Shown piece by piece: positions 9,251 through 19,061 of a stretch of 56,664 nucleotides of DNA (the stretch's first letter is position 1; every line of letters begins with the position of its first letter). Where the stretch lies: IMG/VR virus record IMGVR_UViG_3300034023_001061; one strand, written 5' to 3'. This DNA comes from an uncultured virus (IMG/VR IMGVR_UViG_3300034023_001061). Taxonomy: Duplodnaviria; Heunggongvirae; Uroviricota; Caudoviricetes. The notes beneath the pieces were generated by a model. It had not been told where the DNA came from, did no database searches, and was given only the letters and a program-made list of their open reading frames with translations. A program made the translations under genes and the position numbers.

Positions 9251-9993
9251 AGCCCGAAGAACAACTGCGCGAGCGCATCACGGCGGCGCTGCAATCGAGG
9301 CACGCGACCGACTCGGTGCGCGTCACGACGAACGTCAACGTACTCTCGGTGCCAACCGACGCAACGGGCATGGGTACGGCGCTGCGAACGTACCTGTTCC
9401 TCGAACGGGCGATGGTCGAACTCGACGGCATCAACCCGAAGGTCGCCGACGATCTCCGCGACCGCATGGACACGATCTGGCACGCCCTCACGGAGAGCGA
9501 GCGCGCGCTGCTCGACGCCCGCACCGAAGGCGCGTGGAGCGCCTGCGCCGTGGTGGGTCTCGACCACGATCGGACCACCGTTTCGCACCGGGAGAGCGAA
9601 CTCGACGCGCTCGTGTCGCTCGCAATCGCGCTCGGCCTCGACGCCGACGGCACGGACCCGCGGGCCACGATCGTTACGCTCACGGCCGAGCGTGACGCCG
9701 CGGTAGCGCGAGTCGATCGCCTGCGCGCCGACTCCGCCGACTACGAAGTTCTACTCGGTGACGCGATCGAGGCACTCAGGGCCACGATCGACGAGCGTGA
9801 CGCTGCTCTCGCCGACGCTGCGGCGCTGCGCCTCGCGGCGCGGGCGTACTTCGCCACGATCGACAACGCGCCGCCGTTCGGCGCTGGCGATCGATCGCTG
9901 CGCGAGCACGATGCGCAGTGCAAGAAAACCGCACACACGCTCGCCGTTCTGGCGGGCGCGCGAGTGCCGCAACGGAACGACGAGGAACGATGA
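9247..9993 (+). CDS. Coiled-coil hypothetical protein
   Basis: ATGA overlap; GAGGAG RBS. Confidence 0.65.
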   Translation: MKPEEQLRERITAALQSRHATDSVRVTTNVNVLSVPTDATGMGTALRTYLFLERAMVELDGINPKVADDLRDRMDTIWHALTESERALLDARTEGAWSACAVVGLDHDRTTVSHRESELDALVSLAIALGLDADGTDPRATIVTLTAERDAAVARVDRLRADSADYEVLLGDAIEALRATIDERDAALADAAALRLAARAYFATIDNAPPFGAGDRSLREHDAQCKKTAHTLAVLAGARVPQRNDEER

Positions 9994-10559
9994 CGATTCC
10001 CCTGAAGATCAAGGCGGTGTGTCTCTCGACCGGCTACGCCGAAGGTCTGCGATCGACGGTGATGTTCGTGTGGTGGACGGGCAAGCCGTTCACCAGCGCG
10101 ATCGACGCCGTGCGCTCGCTCGTGGCGGAGTTCCTGCGCGTGTGCGCGGCCCCGAACACGCCTCGCAAGGCGTGCTGCAACGACGTTCTCGCCGCGAAGC
10201 CGAACGCGAAGGCGTGCCCCGACTGCGGAGCGATGCTCACTGGCAAGCCGCACGATGCCGTGATGACCGACGTTTTCGACTGCGTGTGGCGCACCGACTG
10301 CGACGGCTGGTCCGCCGCGACCGACCCGCACATCGTCGACCGTGACGAAGAGCACGGGATTCTCGGAGGGTGGCGGTTCTTCGTTGGGATGCCCGCCGAC
10401 TGCGACGTGGTGAACGTCGACAACTTCGACGCGCTCATCCGCGAAGACAAGCGCGCCCGCGAGGTGGATTTCACCGTGACGCACGTCGGCAAGCGGGCGA
10501 CGCGAGCGTCGGCCCGTGGCAAGGTCGCGCCGACCGACGTGGCGGGAGTGGCGACGTGA
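9990..10559 (+). CDS. Zn-ribbon-containing hypothetical protein
   Basis: CC...CPDCG; ATGA overlap. Confidence 0.65.
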   Translation: MTIPLKIKAVCLSTGYAEGLRSTVMFVWWTGKPFTSAIDAVRSLVAEFLRVCAAPNTPRKACCNDVLAAKPNAKACPDCGAMLTGKPHDAVMTDVFDCVWRTDCDGWSAATDPHIVDRDEEHGILGGWRFFVGMPADCDVVNVDNFDALIREDKRAREVDFTVTHVGKRATRASARGKVAPTDVAGVAT

Positions 10560-10897
10560 CCTTCATCGACGAACAGGAATTCGAGCGGTTCAGCGACTCC
10601 GAACGGCTCGCGAAACTCAACCAGTTCGCCGCCGAGAACCGGCGCCTTCGTCAAATCCTCGACGGCGTTTCGCGCGCGACGAACACGAAGGGCGCGATCG
10701 TGGAACTCTTCGGTGCGATCGACCCCGGAGGGCGCGATGCGATCGGCATTTTGGTGTGCCGCCCCGACGTTGACGAGGCGGCGTTTATCGAGACGCTCAA
10801 GGAGTCGCTCGCCGCCCTGCTCGGCGCGGGCAGCGCCGACGTGACGTACGGCCCGACGAGAGTCACGGGCATCGAGGAAGAACGTGGCCCGCAATAA
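10556..10897 (+). CDS. Hypothetical protein
   Basis: GTGA overlap; GGGAG RBS. Confidence 0.6.
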   Translation: MTFIDEQEFERFSDSERLAKLNQFAAENRRLRQILDGVSRATNTKGAIVELFGAIDPGGRDAIGILVCRPDVDEAAFIETLKESLAALLGAGSADVTYGPTRVTGIEEERGPQ

Positions 10898-11744
10898 GCA
10901 CCCCACCGATTCCGACCGTCACGCTTGCGTCGCGGTCGCCGACCTCGCCGCGACGTGGTGCGGCACCACGCAACTCACCGTCGCCGTTTCCGTGCTGCGC
11001 GGCTTCGTGACGGGCGGTCGCACCCGTAAGGACTGCGAACGTGAAACGCTCGCGATCACCGGCCCGATGGGCTTCGGCCCGTACGGGTTCATCCCCGACG
11101 ATCAACGGGCGCAGCCCGCAGCGAACGCACTCAAGAATGCTCGCGATGCGTTTCTGCGCGCGTTCGAGGTGTGTTGCTGCGTGCCGCCCGAGTCGCTCAA
11201 CGCGAAGGAGTGGGCGAAGATCGAGCGCGCGATTCTCGGTCACGTCGAGAACACGGGCACCCTCGTCGGGCTCGCGAACGCGATCGACACCGCACGCTCG
11301 ACGTGGGACGGCGCTTCGTCGTCCGCACTCGTCGTGCGTGGTTCCATGCCGACGCCGCACTCGACGGAGCACGCGCGGCTCATCCTGCGCGGGCAACTCG
11401 TCGAGCGCATGAGGCTGCGACGCAAACTCTCCCCCGAGGCGTTGATCGTCACGATCAAGGAGGCGGGAGGCGATTTCTCGGTGGGGCAACTCAAGCGCGT
11501 CGAGAACGGCACCGCGGCACCGGCAACGGCCCGCAACGACGCGCTCACCCGTGCGCTCGGGTGCGAGCCATCGTGGGCCGACGACGTAGAGACGCAGGCT
11601 TACGCGCTCGCGGAGAAGTTCGCGGGGCTCGTGGCTCACGTTCGCGGGGATCGCTGGTTCGCCGACGTAGCGGCGCGTGACGGCGACGACGTGGCGTCGG
11701 CGATCACGCTCTGCGCGCTCGTTTCTACGCTGCGTAACTCGTGA
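10884..11744 (+). CDS. Protein with C-terminal XRE/Cro-like HTH
   Basis: RMRLRRKLSPEAL...SVGQLKRVENG...LTRALGCEP. Confidence 0.6.
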   Translation: MARNKHPTDSDRHACVAVADLAATWCGTTQLTVAVSVLRGFVTGGRTRKDCERETLAITGPMGFGPYGFIPDDQRAQPAANALKNARDAFLRAFEVCCCVPPESLNAKEWAKIERAILGHVENTGTLVGLANAIDTARSTWDGASSSALVVRGSMPTPHSTEHARLILRGQLVERMRLRRKLSPEALIVTIKEAGGDFSVGQLKRVENGTAAPATARNDALTRALGCEPSWADDVETQAYALAEKFAGLVAHVRGDRWFADVAARDGDDVASAITLCALVSTLRNS

Positions 11745-12580
11745 GCAACGCACTCCGCACTTGCCTCGACGCGCTTCGTTACGGGGCAGCATCGACAATC
11801 CACGTCGCGTCCGGCATCGGACTCGCGCTGCACCTCACGCGCGAAAACCCCGTCGTGGTCGGACTCGTCGCAGCGATGCGCTCCGGCGCCGACTCGCACG
11901 CAATCGTCGCGCGGGAGTTGCTCTCGCTCGCGGCAGACGGCGGCGATCCCGCATACGCGCACCAGTACGACGCGGCGATGTTCGCGTTGCTCTACGCGCT
12001 CGACGAAGTGGCGCCGTCGGTTGCGCTCGCGACGGTGAGTGCGCCGTGGCCCGACGCGATTCTGCGCGCATCGTGGACGCGCGGATTTGCGACGCGCATC
12101 CTGAATAACGGGCGACGTTCGCCCGTTCAACACTCGGAAGGTAGGACGAACACAATGTCGACGATTACCAGTGAATCCAGTCTTAGCGAGTGCGGCTTCT
12201 CTCAGCGGGCGCTCGACGCGCTCTCCGGTCTCGGGCTCGGCCCCGACGCCGCGGTGGCGTCGCTCGCCAGCATCGACGTGAAGACGTGCGGGGCGAAGAA
12301 GGCCGTGCTCTCGGAGCTCCAGCGCGCCGCGCAGGCCGCGGGCCTCTCGCTCCAGAACGCCGAGGGGCTCGTCCGCAAGACCCGCGAACCGAAGGAGCCC
12401 TCCGAGGTGTCGGAGCTCCCGACTACGGCGAAGATCGTGTCGCTCACCCTCTCCGACGAAGGGGTGGTGGTCACGCTCGACGCCGACGGCCAGCGGTTCG
12501 AGTACACCGAGGGCGCAGAGAAGGCCGCGACGCTGCGGCTCGGCGGCGTCGGTCGCATCGCGTTCGTGCCCGCGGGCTGA
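11741..12580 (+). CDS. Two-part ORF; internal start at 12155 gives an RNAP alpha-CTD-like protein
   Basis: Internal class A motif and RBS before ATG 12155; LSECGFSQRALDAL..LG...LSEL...GLSL resembles the alpha-CTD HhH fold. Confidence 0.55.
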   Translation: MSNALRTCLDALRYGAASTIHVASGIGLALHLTRENPVVVGLVAAMRSGADSHAIVARELLSLAADGGDPAYAHQYDAAMFALLYALDEVAPSVALATVSAPWPDAILRASWTRGFATRILNNGRRSPVQHSEGRTNTMSTITSESSLSECGFSQRALDALSGLGLGPDAAVASLASIDVKTCGAKKAVLSELQRAAQAAGLSLQNAEGLVRKTREPKEPSEVSELPTTAKIVSLTLSDEGVVVTLDADGQRFEYTEGAEKAATLRLGGVGRIAFVPAG

Positions 12581-12605
12581 TCTTCTCACTCCCCACCAGA
12601 ACGGC

Positions 12606-12642
12606 ACGCGGCGGAGCGTCGGACTCCGCCGCGTTTCCGTTT
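12606..12642 (+). terminator. Probable intrinsic terminator between convergent genes
   Basis: 11-bp stem ACGCGGCGGAG/CTCCGCCGCGT followed by TTCCGTTT. Confidence 0.6.
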
Positions 12643-13475
12643 CACACCTCCGCAGGCGGCGTCGTATCGGGCGCAGGAATCGTCACTTCGACGACTTCGC
12701 CGACGCGCGGGAACGTGAGCACCAGTTCGCCGCTCTCCTCGTCCCACGACACGATCGCCTCGCGACCCATCGACGCCATAACCGACGGGATGGCTCCGCG
12801 GAACGTGACGCCCGCGTTCGTCTTCGCTTCGATGAAGTAGCACCCCGACGACTTCGTGAGTCGCACGCTCTCACGCGAGCACCCGGCGACCATCACGCGC
12901 TCCTCGGTGCGGTCGGCGTACTCATGCACCCTCACCACGGGTCGGAGCACCACCTCCGCGGGCGCTGCGGAGCCGCCAGCGGGCGCCTCGCACCGCCCAC
13001 CGGGGCACGGGCCTCCGGGGCACTTGCTCGCGCCGCACGGGGCCTTCTTGCCCGTTCGCTTGAACGCATCACGGAACCCCGCGAGCACCATCGGGTCGAC
13101 ACCGAGCGACTCGACGAGGTCGAGCAGTTTCGTCGGGTCGACGTCTGCGGTCGCGTCGGCGAACGTCTGCACGGTCTTGCGGAGGCTCTTCGCGATCGAC
13201 TTCGCCCCCGCTTCGGCGACGAGCAGCGCGCACGCCTGCGAGCAGGCGAGCACGAACTCACGCGGCGTCGAAGCGGCGAGCGCCGCCATCAGGCCGTTCT
13301 TCGCCGCGCGGAGCGACTCCTCGGTGCGCAGGCGCTTGCGCTCGTCACGTTCGAGGTCGGCGATGCGGTCGGTGAGTTCGTCGAGGTCCGCGAGAACGTC
13401 GCCGTAGTCGGTGCCCTCGGCATCGTCGGCGGTCGTATCGTCGGGCGTGGTTTCGGGGGCGGTGTCGGTGGGCAT
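12642..13475 (-). CDS. Hypothetical protein (acidic N-terminus, coiled coil, Cys/Gly linker)
   Basis: GGAGGAA RBS before ATG 13475. Confidence 0.7.
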   Translation of the reverse strand: MPTDTAPETTPDDTTADDAEGTDYGDVLADLDELTDRIADLERDERKRLRTEESLRAAKNGLMAALAASTPREFVLACSQACALLVAEAGAKSIAKSLRKTVQTFADATADVDPTKLLDLVESLGVDPMVLAGFRDAFKRTGKKAPCGASKCPGGPCPGGRCEAPAGGSAAPAEVVLRPVVRVHEYADRTEERVMVAGCSRESVRLTKSSGCYFIEAKTNAGVTFRGAIPSVMASMGREAIVSWDEESGELVLTFPRVGEVVEVTIPAPDTTPPAEV

Positions 13476-13591
13476 CTCGGTGGTTCCTCCGCGCTGGTTG
13501 CGCGCGAGAGAGGTAATCACCGGGAGGGGGCGTGTCTAGGTACGGCGACGCCTCCCCCGCCGTACGTGGCGAGGGAGGCCGTCGGGGTGCG

Positions 13592-15562
13592 TCACTTCGG
13601 GTCGGTCACGAGCGATGCGGCGTTCGGGTCGGTGTTCGGGTCGCCCTTCGCGCGAGCAATGGCCTCGGCGACCTTCTTCGCCTTCTCCGCGGCCTTCTTG
13701 CGGGCATCCTCGACGGCCCCGTAGAGCGAGGCGACGCCCTTGATGGCGTCCTTCTCGCGCTTGTTCAGCGACGCCCACCCGATGCTCGCGAGCTTCATGC
13801 ACGCGAGGGCCAACGTCTCGTGCTGGTTCCCCTTGTTGTTGAGACCCTCACCGTACGCGGTGGCGAACCGTGCGCCGAGGGGCTTCTCGGCGAACTGCAC
13901 GGGGACGCGGGGCGTGCCGCTGCCGGTCACCGCGTCGGGCGACTCGCGCTCGGTGCGCTCGCCGTTGCCGCCGCCCGAACGTTCGCCGCCGCCCTCGTCG
14001 TCGCGATCGTCGACCGTCGAGTTCGACACGTACTCCGCGGAGGCGCGGCGGGTCGCGATCGCGTCGCGAACGCTCGTGGCGCCCGCGGCGATCATCTCGG
14101 CGACGATGCGGCTCACCTCGTCGGGCGAGGCGCCGTTGCGGCACACTTGCAGGACGGCGTTGATCGAAATCGCGTCGCTGAACACCGCGTCGATCACGTC
14201 GGCGTTCTGCATCGAGAGGCGTTGCCACGAGCGCACCACGTTCTCGGTCCGGTTGACGTGGCGAGCGATCTCGCCGTACGGAGGCGCGGGCGCCTTCGCG
14301 TCGTTGCGGTGGGCCTTCGCCCACTCGCCGATGCGGTGCATCGCCATCGTGTAGAGCCCGCGCTCGCCGATCACCTTGCGCCCGGTGTTTTCGAGCATCA
14401 CCTCGGCGGTGTACTCGTCGGCGTTCGCGGTGCCACGCCCGCCGCTCATCACCCTGAAGTCGGGGCGCCAGTTGGCGCCGAGCGTCTCACGGCGCTCCGC
14501 GACCACCGCGCGGAGGGCCTTCACATCGCGGGTGCCCGCGAGGCACTCCCACACGATCGCCCACCACACGAGGCGCGAGCGCCCGACCTTCGTGTAGACG
14601 TTCGTGTCGCCCTTGATCTGAACCACCTTGGGCTCGGTCTGCTGCCCGTCGATGAGCACCGAGAGCAGCATGTTCAGGTGATGCGCGGCGCGGTAGTGAC
14701 CGCTCGCGATGAAACCGTCGGTGTCGGCGTAGAGCGCACGGAGCTCCGAGGCGTCGGACGCGTCGGGGTCGACGAGTCCGCGGGTCGCGTCCGTCGGGGC
14801 GACGAACAGCCCGCCCTCGACGCCTTCCGCGACGATCTTGATGTCCTTCGTAGGGTCCGCGAGGGCCGGAACGCCCTTCGCCACGTTGCCGATGTTGCAT
14901 GCCTGCTTCGTGATATCCATGTCGTCTTCTCCTGCCCCTTCATACGCTCCCGCCGTCGGGATTCTTTCATCGACGTGACCGTTTTCTTCTCCGCGCATCA
15001 CTTCGGCGTACGCGCGCCTCGCGTGAAACAGTCGCGACATCACCGTGCCCTTCGGGATGCCTTGCTCCGCAGCGATCGCGGTGTACGCCTTGCCGTTCGC
15101 CCGCGCGATCAGCACGTCACGGTGGGCGGGCGAGAGCGTGTGGATCGCCTCGACGACGCGGGCCTCGTGCTCGCGATCCTGCGCGACGGCGCACGGGTCC
15201 GTTTCGTCCGCGGTCGTGGGCAACTGCGAGTCGTCGCAGTCGTCGATAGAAACCGCGAGAGACGCTTTACGATTGCGGCGGTGGTGGTCGATCGCGAGGT
15301 TCGCGACGATGCGATAGAGCCACGTCGCGAACGATGCACGACCGTCGAACTCGTCGAGGTGACGCCACACGCGGAGAAACGATTCCTGCACGATATCGTG
15401 CGTCGCTTCGGCGTCGCGGCACGCCCCGAACGCCATCGCGCGGGCGCGCGGCGTATGCCTCCTCACCAGTTCCGTGAACGCGGCGCGGTCGCCCGAACGG
15501 GCGCGATCCACGAGTTCACGGTCGTACAACGCCCCCTGCGCAGACTCGGAAACAGCACCCAT
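13592..15562 (-). CDS. ECF sigma factor fused in frame to a ParB/Spo0J-like protein (internal start 14920)
   Basis: Sigma region 2 (DIVQESFLRVW, FDGRASFATWLYRIVANLAID) and region 4 (GIPKGTVMSRLFHARR); then GQQTEP..GRSRL, ENTGRK and HTH EIARHVNRTENVVRSWQRL. Confidence 0.85.
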   Translation of the reverse strand: MGAVSESAQGALYDRELVDRARSGDRAAFTELVRRHTPRARAMAFGACRDAEATHDIVQESFLRVWRHLDEFDGRASFATWLYRIVANLAIDHHRRNRKASLAVSIDDCDDSQLPTTADETDPCAVAQDREHEARVVEAIHTLSPAHRDVLIARANGKAYTAIAAEQGIPKGTVMSRLFHARRAYAEVMRGEENGHVDERIPTAGAYEGAGEDDMDITKQACNIGNVAKGVPALADPTKDIKIVAEGVEGGLFVAPTDATRGLVDPDASDASELRALYADTDGFIASGHYRAAHHLNMLLSVLIDGQQTEPKVVQIKGDTNVYTKVGRSRLVWWAIVWECLAGTRDVKALRAVVAERRETLGANWRPDFRVMSGGRGTANADEYTAEVMLENTGRKVIGERGLYTMAMHRIGEWAKAHRNDAKAPAPPYGEIARHVNRTENVVRSWQRLSMQNADVIDAVFSDAISINAVLQVCRNGASPDEVSRIVAEMIAAGATSVRDAIATRRASAEYVSNSTVDDRDDEGGGERSGGGNGERTERESPDAVTGSGTPRVPVQFAEKPLGARFATAYGEGLNNKGNQHETLALACMKLASIGWASLNKREKDAIKGVASLYGAVEDARKKAAEKAKKVAEAIARAKGDPNTDPNAASLVTDPK

Positions 15563-15647
15563 GCGCCGCTTGTCGCACGCATCGTAATACAACGCAACAA
15601 AAAGCGTGACGTTGACGCGAGCGCCAAACGTAGGCACAATCGCCCGT

Positions 15648-15854
15648 ATGTCGAAGAAGGTGAAGAAGCCCGCGGTGGCGGTGGTCGAGAGCGAGCGGCC
15701 GACGGTGGCGTTGAACCTGCGGATCACGCCGTCGCTCTCGCGTCGCCTCGACTGCGAGGTGAAGCGTGTGCTAGCGGAGCGTCCGGGTGCGGTGATTTCG
15801 AGGTCGGATGCGGTGCGGGAGGCGCTCGCGCGGGTATTGCCCGCGGAGGCGTAG
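15648..15854 (+). CDS. Ribbon-helix-helix-like DNA-binding protein
   Basis: VALNLRIT..L..RLD...SRSDAVREAL; TTGACG-N17-CACAAT-N7-ATG; divergent from the sigma gene. Confidence 0.7.
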   Translation: MSKKVKKPAVAVVESERPTVALNLRITPSLSRRLDCEVKRVLAERPGAVISRSDAVREALARVLPAEA

Positions 15855-15859
15855 GCGGA

Positions 15860-16135
15860 CTACTGCGCGGCGGCGGGCTGCACGGGCGCGGGCACGGCGT
15901 TGCGCGTGATCTTGCCCGTCGCGAGGTCGAGGCGGTCGGCTTCGGTGAGGGCGTACTTGTGCCCGAGCATCGCGTTGATGCTCTGCTGGTGCTGCGACGC
16001 GGCGTCGGCCTCGACCTTCGCTGCGGCAAGCGCGTGCGATGCGGCGAGGGCGCGGTAGTGCGCCTCGCCGAACAGCGCACGGTCGTTCGGCGAGAGGGTG
16101 TCGGGGGGAGTGGGAACGTTCGGTTGATCGGACAT
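15860..16135 (-). CDS. Small hypothetical protein downstream of a fibre gene
   Basis: GGAGG RBS located inside a hairpin. Confidence 0.7.
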   Translation of the reverse strand: MSDQPNVPTPPDTLSPNDRALFGEAHYRALAASHALAAAKVEADAASQHQQSINAMLGHKYALTEADRLDLATGKITRNAVPAPVQPAAAQ

Positions 16136-16179
16136 GAATACCTCCGCGCCGTTGTACGCCGCGGCGCGGAGGTTATTCA
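16135..16179 (-). promoter_or_regulatory. RBS-sequestering hairpin overlapping a class A promoter
   Basis: 17-bp stem with one bulge: TGAATA(A)CCTCCGCGCCG / CGGCGCGGAGGTATTCA. Confidence 0.65.
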
Positions 16180-16187
16180 AGCGGCGA

Positions 16188-17702
16188 TCACGCGGCGGGG
16201 TTGATGACGAGGAACGCGATCGCGTAGTTCGTCGCGCCGGGGGCGCCGGAGAGTTCGATCGTGATCGTGTCCAGCGTGGGCACCGCCCGACGGATGTTCA
16301 CGGAGTTCGACGTTGCGGTCTGCATGTTCACGAAGATGAGCGACGACGTGGTGACGAGGGTGTTCGAGATCGTGAGCGTGGTCGCTGCATCATCGGTGAA
16401 TGTCACCACGCCGCTCGTCGCGTTCAGCGTCGCGCTGGTTACGCCCGTCGCGGTGCTGCTCCATGCGACGATGCCCGAGAGCGCGCCCGAACCGACTCGC
16501 TCGACACCGAGTACCGTGAGGGTGTCACCGGAGTCACGGAGCATCGTGCGCCCCGCTCCGCGAGGGCGCAGGGAGAGCGATACGTCAGCGCTGCCGGTCG
16601 CCGCGGCGTAAGGCGCGATCGACACGCCGCTCGTGACCGCTGCGGCGTTCGTGGCGGGGAGCACTTCGAGGCCGTTGAGGAGCGCCGCCGCCGCCGAAGG
16701 CGCTCGCGTGCGGATGCCGACCGACGCGAGGGTGCCCGCGAACGCGGGCACGATATCGACGCGCCCCTGCTCCGCACCGGGCGTCGCGACGGCCATGCCG
16801 CCCGAGACCTTGCCCATCGCCACGGGCGCCCCACCAGCGGGGAGTTCGACCTGAAACGCGATGGCAGTTCCGAAACCCGCCGCCGTCGTGCCCGACGACA
16901 GATGATTCAGGACCAGCACGTTCGTGTCCGTGTTCGTCTCCGCGTCGGTGCCGATGTACCCGAAACCGTCGGTCTGCATCCGCGCGGCGAGCACGCCACC
17001 GAGCGAGAATGCGATCGACGTGGCGTCGAAACGGTACGCTCCCGTTCCGGGTGACGCGGCGAACGACCACGACGGCTGCGCGTCGGTGCCGTTCTGCGCG
17101 TAGATGCTCGCGGAGAACGTCGGCGTCGCGCCGAGGATCACTTCGGTCGCCGACTTCGCGACGCCGATCTTCTGCACCACGGCGCCCGCGGTCGTCGGAG
17201 CGGTCGTCGTGGCCGTGCCCGCGGTCTCCGAGAGGTACACCGTCGCGCCGGGGGTGAACGCCCCGCCGCCAGTGATCGTGGCGCACTCGCCGAACTCGCG
17301 GACGACGCACGTCAGGGTGTCGATCACGTCGACCACGACGCCGAACGCGGGGAGCGTACCGTCGGAGGCGTCGGCGAGCACGACCGAGTTCGGGTTGATG
17401 CCCTTCGCGACGAGGTTTCCGACCGCGACGAGACTCGCCGTGTTCGAGAAGATCCCATCCACGCCGTCGACACCGCCCGACCCCGAGGAGAGCAGGACGA
17501 TGCGGTTGCCCGAGAGGTACGTGCCGGTCGACCCCTTGTAGTAGAGGGCGTCGTTTTCGTCGACGAAGACGAGCGTGCCGCGGAGCATCTGGTTGAACTG
17601 CGCGATGAGGGCGGCGCTGGCGCCTTCCTTGCCGGGAACTTGCGCCTCCGTGTCGACGTAGACGTTGAATGGGGATTGCGGACGCATTGAGGGGAGTGCC
17701 AT
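16188..17702 (-). CDS. Virion fibre/decoration-like protein
   Basis: G/A/T-rich beta protein with ADAS...FGVV...FTPGATVYLSET.G..TTTAP...VQKIG.A module; class C promoter. Confidence 0.65.
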   Translation of the reverse strand: MALPSMRPQSPFNVYVDTEAQVPGKEGASAALIAQFNQMLRGTLVFVDENDALYYKGSTGTYLSGNRIVLLSSGSGGVDGVDGIFSNTASLVAVGNLVAKGINPNSVVLADASDGTLPAFGVVVDVIDTLTCVVREFGECATITGGGAFTPGATVYLSETAGTATTTAPTTAGAVVQKIGVAKSATEVILGATPTFSASIYAQNGTDAQPSWSFAASPGTGAYRFDATSIAFSLGGVLAARMQTDGFGYIGTDAETNTDTNVLVLNHLSSGTTAAGFGTAIAFQVELPAGGAPVAMGKVSGGMAVATPGAEQGRVDIVPAFAGTLASVGIRTRAPSAAAALLNGLEVLPATNAAAVTSGVSIAPYAAATGSADVSLSLRPRGAGRTMLRDSGDTLTVLGVERVGSGALSGIVAWSSTATGVTSATLNATSGVVTFTDDAATTLTISNTLVTTSSLIFVNMQTATSNSVNIRRAVPTLDTITIELSGAPGATNYAIAFLVINPAA

Positions 17703-17780
17703 ACGCGCGACGATACACCGCGAATTTGGCAAACGTCAACGTGCAACCGTGCTTGTACGGTCGCGGCGACGCTGTTCTTC

Positions 17781-18002
17781 TCAGCCGCGCGTCGATTTCT
17801 TCGGCGGGTTCAGAAGTGCGGGCGGCACCATCCCGAGCGCCGACTTCGCGCGCTCGACGGCGTCACGCATTGAGCCGACGAAAACCTGCCCCGCGTCGAG
17901 CACGGTTTCGGCGGTGGCGACGTGATGTTCGACCTCGCGGATCGCGTTGGGGATCGCCTTGCGGGCACGATCGACGGTGCGCATGAGTTGCTTCGGGTTC
18001 AT
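17781..18002 (-). CDS. Hypothetical protein
   Basis: TTGCCT-N17-TACTAT-N7-ATG. Confidence 0.6.
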   Translation of the reverse strand: MNPKQLMRTVDRARKAIPNAIREVEHHVATAETVLDAGQVFVGSMRDAVERAKSALGMVPPALLNPPKKSTRG

Positions 18003-18041
18003 GCGAGCGATAGTACGCACCGCGACGGCGCGAGGCAACCG

Positions 18042-18806
18042 CTAGGCCAGCGCCTTGCGGTACTTCAACACCATGCGCGCGGCGGCATCTGGGGTGAGCG
18101 CGGGCAACTTGCGCCCGTCGAGCACCGGCCACACGCGAGCGATCTTGCTCAGACGATTGCCGATGTACGGGCCATCGGGGCGGTCGAATCCTACCTCCGC
18201 CGTCTGGTGGTACGAGTCCGCGTCGGTGAAACGTACGCCGTAGGCCACGTTGTGCAACTCGACGACGAAACTCGTGGCGCCGTAACGTTTTCGGTTGCGC
18301 TCGCGGACCTTCGCCGTCTCGGCTTCGACCTTGCGCAACCACGGGCGCTGCATCTTGTCGTACGCCGCCGACGCGCTCTTGATCGCACGTTCGAGGCGTT
18401 CCACGGCGTCGCGAACGGCCTTCGGGTGCGACCACGGGGTGTAATCGTGCGGGTCGATGCCGTGGCGGTCGTACAGCGCCTTGAGCGCGGTGTGGGCCTC
18501 CCGTTCCTGCGCATCGAGGTCGCGGAGCATCGCGCGGGCGGCGTCGTACTTCGGGTCCGTGCTCACCGCCCGCAGCGTGTCTTCGCCCTGCGAGAGCACG
18601 TCTTCGACGCTGGTCTCGCCGAAAAACACCATATCGCGCCCGTCGCCGGAAAACGTGTTGCCGCGCCCCGTGATGCGCCCCGTCGCGAAAATGTCCGCGA
18701 GTTCGTCGGGCGACACGCTGCGGTACAGGACGGGCGACACGCCGTCGATGTTCTCGACGCCGTTGCGCGTGTACGGGCGGCGACGTTTGCGGGGCGAACG
18801 CTTCAC
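18042..18806 (-). CDS. Basic-tag protein with putative ART-like fold
   Basis: MKRSPRKRRRPYTRNG, then LYRSVSPDELADIFATGRI...VFF...FVVEL...AEV with a helical insert. Confidence 0.5.
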   Translation of the reverse strand: MKRSPRKRRRPYTRNGVENIDGVSPVLYRSVSPDELADIFATGRITGRGNTFSGDGRDMVFFGETSVEDVLSQGEDTLRAVSTDPKYDAARAMLRDLDAQEREAHTALKALYDRHGIDPHDYTPWSHPKAVRDAVERLERAIKSASAAYDKMQRPWLRKVEAETAKVRERNRKRYGATSFVVELHNVAYGVRFTDADSYHQTAEVGFDRPDGPYIGNRLSKIARVWPVLDGRKLPALTPDAAARMVLKYRKALA

Positions 18807-19030
18807 GCGATCCTCGGCCTCGGAGCGCGGGCGATGCCCTGCGCGTACGCCTCGCGGGCGCGCTTGTCGGAGTCGGCGCCAGACAGGATGTACCCCAGAC
18901 CGAACCCTGCGGCGATGCCGAGCACGGTGACGATCCCCGGAACGCCGCGCGTCGGGCACGGGACGGGGTCGCCAGCGGCGGGGATCGTGCGAGGGGCGTA
19001 CGTGAAGAGGAGGGCAGCGTTCGCGTTCAC
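18803..19030 (-). CDS. Small membrane protein
   Basis: TM segment IVTVLGIAAGFGLGYIL; class C promoter. Confidence 0.6.
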   Translation of the reverse strand: MNANAALLFTYAPRTIPAAGDPVPCPTRGVPGIVTVLGIAAGFGLGYILSGADSDKRAREAYAQGIARAPRPRIA

Positions 19031-19061
19031 GGCGTCACGATACACGGGTCGCGGCGGCGTG

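Noticed and set aside
13532..16204. Long antisense or alternative-frame ORFs (also 22352-24025, 26205-28241, 39308-41257, 42923-44773)
   Set aside because: Arg/Gly-rich shadows of real opposite-strand genes in high-GC DNA
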